The notes under the pieces were generated by a model that saw nothing but the letters and a program-made list of their open reading frames with translations, searched no databases and had not been told where the DNA came from. A stretch of DNA of 57,152 nt, the filler included, from Sphacelaria rigidula (taxonomy: Eukaryota), in NCBI GenBank assembly GCA_964200075.2. It is 8 parts of 8 records of this genome, joined end to end, with 100 filler letters (N's around TTAATTAATTAA, not from the genome) between each part and the next. Parts side by side here need not be neighbours in the genome. Positions count along the whole stretch, not along the records: positions 42,941 to 49,996 come from CAXNAA020016725.1; positions 50,097 to 57,152 come from CAXNAA020016726.1; 6 more parts are not named here. The stretch is one strand, 5' to 3'. A program made the position numbers and the translations under genes. This document shows positions 49,113 through 57,152 of the stretch, one piece after another. The stretch's first letter is position 1. The number at the start of each line of letters is the position of its first letter.

Positions 49113-49236
49113 TGGTTTTTTGCGACTCCGTTTTTGCGTCAGGATTCTTGCGATCTGATTCTTGCGACCGGATTCTTGCGATAGTTTTTTTGCGTCAAAA
49201 TTCTTGCGGCCTGATTCTTGCGATAGTTTTTTTGCT
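49113..49236. repeat. Short tandem repeat, ~14-bp unit around GATTCTTGCG
   Basis: About 9 iterations of (GA/TT)TTCTTGCG. Confidence 0.8.
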
Positions 49237-49344
49237 AGATTTTTCCACTCTAAAACCCCTATCGATTTCGTTTTGGGGGGATCACTTCGTCAAACGGACA
49301 TCAAACGCATCATGCTCCTAGGGAGACCTGGACAAACAGCAGTT

Positions 49345-49925
49345 GCCGCTGCCCACCTAGTATCATTCTCCAAATAGAAGCCTTGAGTAAGAACCTCCAG
49401 CGTTCGGTGCCCATGCACAAGGATGATTTACATCGAGTATCATGCTCCAAAACGTACCTGACCAGGGGGCCATACCCCCGTACAGACAGTAGCAATGCTA
49501 GAGGATCCTACGTCCTGACAGTCTGTGACAGTCTGGCAGCCGGCAAGGTGGTTATGGTAGTGCCCTTCAAGCGATATCAACTTACAGTGCACTGGAGCAG
49601 AGCTTACAGGTGAATATTTCGGCGATTGCCTCACCTGCAATTTGCCCAGCAGAACGTTTCTCGATAAAACCGAGTAACATCACATACGTGTACAGGTAGG
49701 AACGTACAAGGCCCTCCGTTTCATTATAAGTCGAGATGTACCAGACCCTGCATTATATATGGAAATGTACCCAACCGTGGACAAAACATATCTACATACA
49801 GTACGAACACGATGTTGAACCTGTACTACGCAACGTCGAGTGTGCTGTGTATGTTGTCGTCCCATTAGTTCTGGATGCTGGTCTCTACTTTTCGGTATAT
49901 GTGGGCGCACCAGCCGCGACTGTGT
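49345..49925 (-). repeat. Composite dispersed repeat (inverted homologue of 27935-28470, SINE tail at ~49840-49925)
   Basis: CTTTTCGGTATATGTGGGCGCACCAGCCG is the reverse complement of the SINE tail. The remainder matches 28100-28460. Confidence 0.8.
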
Positions 49926-49996
49926 AACCATACAGCTTCGCCCAAGATACAGGCGGCCATTACAGCGGCAGAGGCGGCCTTTCACTCCTGCGTGCG

Positions 49997-50096
49997 NNNN
50001 NNNNNNNNNNNNNNNNNNNNNNNNNNNNNNNNNNNNNNNNTTAATTAATTAANNNNNNNNNNNNNNNNNNNNNNNNNNNNNNNNNNNNNNNNNNNN
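49997..50096. other. Artificial contig linker
   Basis: 44 N + TTAATTAATTAA + 44 N. Confidence 0.98.
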
Positions 50097-50680
50097 AACT
50101 TTGCATCCTATTTCTACCCCCTTTTTCTCCCATGACTCTTGGATTCCGACGATATCTAGGTCGTGTTTACTCACTCGTCTCGCCATCTCTCCTCGTTTGT
50201 GCTTGTCTGTGGCGAATCCACACGCGTTCCACGATCCTATTCTCAACTTCCTCTCCGAATCGTTATCTGCTCCTTCCCCTTCCCCTTCCGGGCATTTACC
50301 CGTTCCTGCCTCTCCTTCCCTCCGTTTGCCCGTGCACTGCGTCTTAGGTTTGTTATTCCGTTAGGAATGCATACTCTCCATCCTACCCTTCTAACCCATG
50401 CCGATACTTTACTTGTTTCTATCCTTCCCCACTCCTTGCTCGCTCTCTGTTTTACTGTGACTCGGAAGTGCTGTCCCTCCCCTTCCACTTTTCCTGTTGC
50501 CAAACAGTATAACCCAACTACATCGCATTTCTTTTTGAACTCCATCCTCGTCATGTCGCTACGAACTCCGAATACCGGCACTACTGATACCTTGCCCGAC
50601 CAATCTTTACTCCGCCATCCGCTCTGCCTTACTGTCTCCCTCTCGATTTCCGTCGAGAGAATCTCCAGTTTGTTCATTTT
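50097..50680 (-). mobile_element. Non-LTR retrotransposon (LINE) 5' region with start of APE endonuclease
   Basis: LRIGSWNACG...DLDIVGIQESW matches APE motifs I-II (WN, D-I-x-x-x-Q-E). Preceded by a basic 144-aa ORF in another frame. Confidence 0.88.
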
Positions 50681-51829
50681 AGTTGTATTGGGGGAGGGGG
50701 GTGAGTTCTCGTGATTCTGTATGCCGTGGTCATGAGACCGTTGGGGGAAGGGGGGCAGGGGGGGGAGGGAGGGTGTTCAAGTTTTGGGATACCGTGATGT
50801 ATTTTTTGCCCGAAAACAGAAATACCTACCCCCACCAAACGTTTCAACATTGTTACTCACCAGCTCAGCGAGAGGGGTCTGACCCACAACTCGGACTCGC
50901 TATGCCTCCAGTTCTCACGAACTAACACTCGCCAAAAATCCGACTGGAAGTGACGGAATGTCGAGACTGTACTTTACGGAAATCAAACAGTGTCACATGC
51001 ATCACATTTCTCACGCTCAGTTGGGTTTCTGGCAAGTGGCCGTTTGCAAAACCTAGGGTTGAAAAAGTGGGCTAGGCTCCCCTGAGTGAGGTGATGCCTA
51101 ACGTCTAAGACATGTGGGGGCGTCATTGCTTGTTTTGGGGGTAGAAAGCCCTGCCAACTGTCCCAAGGCTGAAATATCCGAAGAAGCAAACGACTTGTCC
51201 CGTGAAGAGTGGCCTACGAGGCGAGGGCATGTGTGTTTTTTTGTCTCTTGCATGTTACGAAGCACACGGTGGGACCAGTTGTTGTGAGACCTTGATACCT
51301 GCCTTCGCATTCCGTCACGGGAAGATCTTGAAGCCAGGTTCATTCCTGCCATTGGCGTCACCCCTGTGTCTCGGGAGGGAGTCGTCGAAGGGGGGGGTCG
51401 CCCACATGATTTGATAGATATGTTGTTGGAAGATGACCATGCCCGTGCCTCATTTTGAGGAGCGATGCAGGAAGAAGAATGATACGTTGTCTTCCCACCC
51501 GTATCTGATACATACTCCCTCTTCACGCCGTGTTGATGGGTGTCTGCACGAACGAATACGGTGTGCGGAATGACTATGGTGGCTATGTAGGCAATATACT
51601 GCCGGGGAGAGCGTTCCTTGACGAAAAAAAGACTGCCGTCCTGCGCGCGCAGTAGCACACACTCACTCCGTGAATTGGCTGCAAAATATGGATTGGCGGT
51701 AACTGTGTCAGCCCTGGCAAGAAGACGAACACTGAATACCTTGAATTGGTCGTGTGCGTCCTCGTTCTCTAACCTCTCAAGCATCCCGCTTGTCGCCCTT
51801 TTACTCATTTTTTTCTTGTCTTGTCAAAG

Positions 51830-52738
51830 GCCTACATGCTTTTCTACGAGCGCTGCGACAAGGATCCCGCGTCCGCGCCGCCGAAGGTCGGCGCGGCGGA
51901 GGAAACGACCACCGATACCAAAGCCCGACACACAACCCCCGACCCAGCGCACACCACCAACGACGACGGGATAGCAGTGCAGGAGACACAAAAAGTCAAA
52001 GATAACGACGACGACGACGACGACGACGGCAGTGACGTTGGACTTTCACTTGATGATATGGATGAGCCACCCAGCTCGCACACCAACATCAACAACGTCC
52101 AACGCGGGGCGGCGGCGATTAGTAATCGTGACGGTAATAGCGGTGTCGGGGCACCAAGCAGCTGTGTATCGCCTCCGGCTGCCGCCGCCAGGATGGCTTG
52201 GGCTGCTGCTGTCGGGGGAACCGGCGTGACTACGAACAAAACCGTTGGCGGCAGTACTCTGTCACTGCTGCCCCCGCTTCCGCCGGTGGACGAAAACACG
52301 GTGTCTTCGGCAATCGTCGCCGATCCGCTGTTGTCATCCGAAGCCTCCGACGATGCCGTGCCGCTCCTCATCGGACCCGACGTGTCTACCAGTCGTAATG
52401 ATGTGACCACCCCACAAGATGATATTAATGTCGGCGGTACCGCGGACAATGACCAACAACCCTCGCTGCTGGCGCCGTCGATGGTGGAGCCGCCGCCGCC
52501 GCCGCCGGTCGCCGATGCCGAGGTTGACACTGCTGCGGATGGTGATGACGGTGGTGTTAGCGTGGCTGAGGTGGGAGCGGTAGTACCAGCAGGCGACATC
52601 GAGCAGCCACGAAGATGTCCGCAGATGCCCAACGGACCAGCAGCAGTACACGCTACCACTACTGCAAACATTGCGAGCGGGGGAGAGGAAAGCTTGCAAG
52701 AACCGGTGTTGATGGACGAGGGCGGAGCGGTGGAATGA
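51830..52738 (+). CDS. Terminal exon of a ubiquitin-specific protease (USP/C19) with long disordered acidic tail
   Basis: Long pyrimidine tract and AG acceptor at 51828-51829, immediately followed by AYMLFYER (C-terminal USP box). 302 stop-free codons of Asp/Pro/Ala-rich sequence. Confidence 0.8.
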   Translation, partial: AYMLFYERCDKDPASAPPKVGAAEETTTDTKARHTTPDPAHTTNDDGIAVQETQKVKDNDDDDDDDGSDVGLSLDDMDEPPSSHTNINNVQRGAAAISNRDGNSGVGAPSSCVSPPAAAARMAWAAAVGGTGVTTNKTVGGSTLSLLPPLPPVDENTVSSAIVADPLLSSEASDDAVPLLIGPDVSTSRNDVTTPQDDINVGGTADNDQQPSLLAPSMVEPPPPPPVADAEVDTAADGDDGGVSVAEVGAVVPAGDIEQPRRCPQMPNGPAAVHATTTANIASGGEESLQEPVLMDEGGAVE

Positions 52739-55700
52739 TGAGGGGAAACGCAGCCGCCGCAGAATAGTCGCGGTGGGGCTGTAAGGTACACTGCAGAAAA
52801 AAAGGCGACTATGTGATGAGCCTCGATTGGGGACGATGAATCGAGACTGGTGGAGAGAGGGTGAAGTGGGGCTGCCCTTTCTGGATCCTTATTTCAAGCA
52901 AAGCGTGGTGGTTGGCGGATCACGGCGGAGGGAATCTGGGGGTGGGGGTAGGGACGGCAAGGAGGAAGCGGCGCTCGGGGGGGGGGTGCCCACTGTAACT
53001 ACGAAGGCGTCTGAAACGGATATATGGATATATACCGCTTGCAGATTAGTTGGTCGATTCGTGACTTCTATCAAGCGCTGGCTGCTTGCCTACAGGCGTT
53101 TGTATTAACCGGAAGAAATGAGTTTTGTGCTTGTATGCGTCCGTTGTAAATCCCTATTGCATATCGGCTCGTGTGTGTCGTCCGCAGTAAAAGGGACGAT
53201 GCGGCACGTCGAACGGCTACCGTATACATTCGTTTTTTCTGCTGCTACGACTCCTGCCGCTACTACTGATACTGCTGGTACTATTGCTAGCGTCTCAGGG
53301 GGTGTTTTTTTTTTCAATTTCCTCCCTTTTGTTGTGGCTTGAACGTTACGTTACCTGAGCGGTGGTTTTTTGGTCGTGTTTTTTCATATTGCGGCGACAA
53401 GAAGGATATTCATGTTCTGCTTGGATTTTTTTCTATGCTGTCAGTTGTTTAGACTTTAGATGGTATCGAACCGCGCACACGCGAGAAACACCGCCATTGC
53501 ACACCGAGCAGATGTCAAAAGTTTATGGAGAGATGGGATCGGAAAGGGAAGAGGAAGAGGGAGAGTAAATATATACAGTATATATCTAGAGACGAGATGG
53601 GATGAGAATGACGTGAACGATATATCAGAGGGCATCGCAGGTGCACGTGTATCATCACATTGGATCTGTGATGATAAGAGTGGCATCGCGAACCACGATG
53701 TTGTTTGCAGTGCTGCCTGTTTGGTTTCAATTCTGGTTTTGTTTTTGGAAAACAGCACGGTTACATGCAGTGAGCACAGTACAGTACGCCATTTTTTTTG
53801 CATAAAAAGTAGCGACTACTACTGAGCGTCAAAATGACAATAGACGTATGAAGCATGCATGTCGTAGATCTCTGTGGCTTACAGGACGGATTGATATTGA
53901 GCGGAATGTGCACCCGCGGTCGATCGTTGAATCTATCGTTTGATTCGATTTAATTCCATTATATTTTGATGAGTGTATAAGTAGAGCGGGAAAAGCAATG
54001 ACCCCCCTCCCCCCCCCCCCTGCCGCCCCCGCCCCCTCTGCCTCGTGTGACTGTTTCCACCACGAGCTGGATAGCTTGTTACAAAAAAGTGGTGGGTCTT
54101 GACTTGGAGTATGACCTTGTGTTTTCGACCTTTGGGCTGAAGTAAGTTTTGTAGGGTAGATGGGAACGGCGGAGGGCTCACGTGTTGCAAGAGAAAATAC
54201 AGGCTAGATATGATGTCTATTCTATCCGTTTCTCGGATATGGTTTACAGTGGGCAGCCTTGAGGACGTGACGGCGGAACAGAGAGGCGGAGGGCATGCTG
54301 TACAGTACATGGTACATGGTTTTCGACGTGCGCGTGTGTGTTTAGTGCCAATCGCTTGACTACACGTTTGCATAGACCGCAATACGTGGAGGCGTTTTTT
54401 GTTGTTGTCTGTGATGCAGGGTTGTTTTGACCTGGAGTCGTGCGGTGGCGCTCTTGTTCTTGCTTTTCTTCACCTCTCGAGACATCATACTGTACATGTT
54501 TGATGTTATTGCGTGTAGAATGCATGTTCACCACAGTGAGTAAGTGGGTCGGCGGCGAGTTGCTGAGTGAAATCAATGTCGTTGGCATAAAGACGTACAC
54601 ATACTGTATATTCTGCCGCGTGTGTTATAAATCGCAGTTGAAGTCGTCCTCAGGGGATATGTGGTCGAGTAGGTACGGTAAAGCTACGTCCGTCGTTGTA
54701 TCTCTAGATCTACGCAGTTACACGCTGCACTGTGCACGGGCGTAAATGGAACATGACAGACTTCGAGAGCGCCCAAAGTGAGCTGGCGACAGTACCACAT
54801 GTGGAGGGTTGCGGCACCACCCACGCCCATGTTGGGGTTTCATCGCAAGCTGGTGGTCAGCACATCATCCAGTCAGGGTTGTGCGCTGACTGTATACACT
54901 CGAAACAGAAGCCACTCTTCACAAGTAGTAAAGCAGGAATACTGGGCGAAAATTGTACCCGTCACGATTGTGCGTAATACTTGCGTGTACAAGAAGCAAA
55001 GGTCGTACTCACCTGGATGGAAGTGATTTGTAGCCTGCGCGGGAGGCAAAGAGCTAAAATCAGGGTTTTCGCGAGATGGAGAGTCTAGCGTTTCATGGAA
55101 GGTGATAATAATGGGAAATCCTGATTCACTCATCGATTGGTGTTTCTTGGGAAATACTTCGCCGAGCCAGGCGAGGAGCGGCTCAAATGCAAGCTCTTAG
55201 CGGTGTGATGAATCCAACGTATTTTGTTTTTGTTTCGGCCTTGTCGATTAGACGAAACCTAGAAGTCCAGATTTCCAGAAATGTTCGATAAATTCCTGAA
55301 ATAGTTTCACTCCCGGAATGCCCTTTCAGGCCTTATACGAGGCCTTACACGCTTTGTGTAGTAGTAGCTTGCCACTGAAGCCTTTGATACCCATGAGTAG
55401 AATATCGACGTGTAGCTAGCTGCAAGCACCCGGCAGCCTTGAAGGCAAATATGGACACAAGGACACACACAAATGAAAAACTGGTCAAATCAGAGCGAGC
55501 AACACATGATAAAACAACTCATGCTCGATGAATGCTCGACTCTCAATCTGGCGAAAACCATGTTTAAAGTAGCCACCCTTCAACACGCTACCAAAGTTAT
55601 GTGTGGAATAATGCTGGATTATATCCAAATTCGTACGATGAGCTGGATTCAAGACTAGACCACCTGAACAGCCTGGAACACTCATGAATGAAAACCATTA

Positions 55701-55946
55701 TGCGCTGCTGTGCTGTACACGCCGCTCATGACGCGCTTGATAGTGCATCAATCAATCGGTCGATCAGTCAATGACTCTACCCTTGTGCATCTTTCAACCA
55801 TCAAGCTTGTGCATTTTGCGTCACAACCCATGCTCGACACAAAGTTTGTGCTTTCAAACGGTGTCACCCGCGCACCGATATTGCATGTAGACGTCTCCTT
55901 CGCTGAAGTCACGTTCGGCAGCAGTCACCCCCCCTCGCTCGCTGTC

Positions 55947-56273
55947 TTACTCTCTTATGGTTTGATACCCCACGTCACTCACGACTTCTAAAAAAGTCGG
56001 CTCAATCTGATGCAGTGCCTCGAAGAGCAGCAACGCTCCCGCGCCGACTCCAAACGCTACGAGGTGAGCTACCGAGGTTATCATGTCTTCCACTGCGGCG
56101 TAGTATACGCAGACGATGACCCACACCGCGAGAGCCAAGATAGTCGAACGGTGGCAGATGTAGTACTTCCAAACGGTATGTCTCATTTTCCTCAGACCGA
56201 GGAACAAGAAGCCAGCGTGGGCACTCCAGACCGCGCTTATCCCTACGTTGTTGGTACTGCAATCGGCGAAGAT
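55947..56273 (-). CDS. Terminal exon of a rhomboid-like multi-pass membrane protein
   Basis: Pyrimidine tract and AAG acceptor. Three hydrophobic segments with VGISA (GxS) and SVAHLVAF (His), 57 residues apart. Confidence 0.55.
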   Translation of the reverse strand: MFADCSTNNVGISAVWSAHAGFLFLGLRKMRHTVWKYYICHRSTILALAVWVIVCVYYAAVEDMITSVAHLVAFGVGAGALLLFEALHQIEPTFLEVVSDVGYQTIRE

Positions 56274-57152
56274 CTTGCGTGGAGCGCGGGGATGCGGAGA
56301 CAGGGGAATAGAAGGGACGGGGGGGGACGGGGGCACGTGTTTGCTCAGTAGATAAGAAATAATGAGTTGAGACGTGCTTGGGTTCTGGGGCTACAATGAG
56401 ACGCGTTGTCAGTAAATGCTCTGGAAAATAACGAGGGGGGACGAGGAGAACGGGGGCACAGATTCCACCGGTGGAGTCATCGTAGCTCTAATACAGCATG
56501 TAGCACAGTACTTCGAGACTTCCGGACCTTCCTTGATCGATCGCATGCAGGGTACAGCTTTGAAGTCCATGGCGGAAAGGAGGAAAGTAAACGCGGCGCT
56601 CTTCGTGGAGCTGATCTGGAAACAAACAGCATCGTATTTCATGTATCGTATCATTCATGCACCCGCCTTTTCGTCACCTGCATGCCGAAGAGCACCAGCG
56701 TGAACGGAATCCAAAACCAAGGAGCCGCCCACTCGTACCTATTGGCAGACTCTCCTGCTTTCCATGTACAAAGCACAAGGACTCCCATCGTCAGTGCCAG
56801 GGTGGTATCTACAAAACACGAGGGAAGGGGAGACGGGGAAAGACAATCAGCGGTTTCAGACTTTCAATAGGAAATAGTGTGGAAGACACATCCTTGCAGT
56901 GACATATCAGAGACTGATGCCACACATGTATGAAGAACCAGCGCAAGCAGGGACAAGGTAGGCACAGTCCGGAGGACCCTGAAATACTAACGAAACTAGA
57001 CAACTCGGGGTGATGCCAGGAAGAGCCTAATATTAGGACGGTTCAACATTCACTGGTCGCCCTTGGCGACCACTTCTCGTCTGACCCCTTCTTGCCTACA
57101 TATACAAGAGGAAATCATCGCCAGCCTCGGAATTCCTTCGGCATCAGGACGG

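Noticed and set aside
51844-52791. 315-aa minus-strand ORF
   Set aside because: Antisense shadow of the GC-rich USP exon. The plus strand has the splice acceptor and the family motif.

Overview
This is eukaryotic DNA and not one locus. It is eight unrelated contigs of 7056-7057 bp joined by artificial 100-bp linkers (44 N + TTAATTAATTAA + 44 N). Intron-rich genes, a bipartite-type targeting peptide and the repeat content suggest a stramenopile, probably a brown alga (inference). Host gene pieces recoverable with phase-compatible GT-AG splicing are: the last two exons of a WD40 (MEP50-like) gene, the first exons of a signal-peptide protein (possibly UBX/FAF2-like), a peroxisomal urate oxidase ending in SKL, the last exon of a ubiquitin-specific protease, and the last exon of a rhomboid-like membrane protein. 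Most of the rest is transposon debris: two decayed Ty3/gypsy elements, a copia remnant, a hAT transposase pseudogene, a LINE 5' end, a tRNA-derived SINE family and several MITE/foldback families. The most unusual object is at 4891-5802: a non-coding LTR-internal-LTR-internal-LTR mini-element with a 4-bp target-site duplication. Its LTRs are ~90-bp palindromes carrying a tRNA-type Pol III promoter, it lacks a normal PBS and PPT, and its 17 terminal bases are identical to the LTR end of the gypsy element at 24883-24899. It is a candidate tRNA-derived parasite of gypsy integrase.
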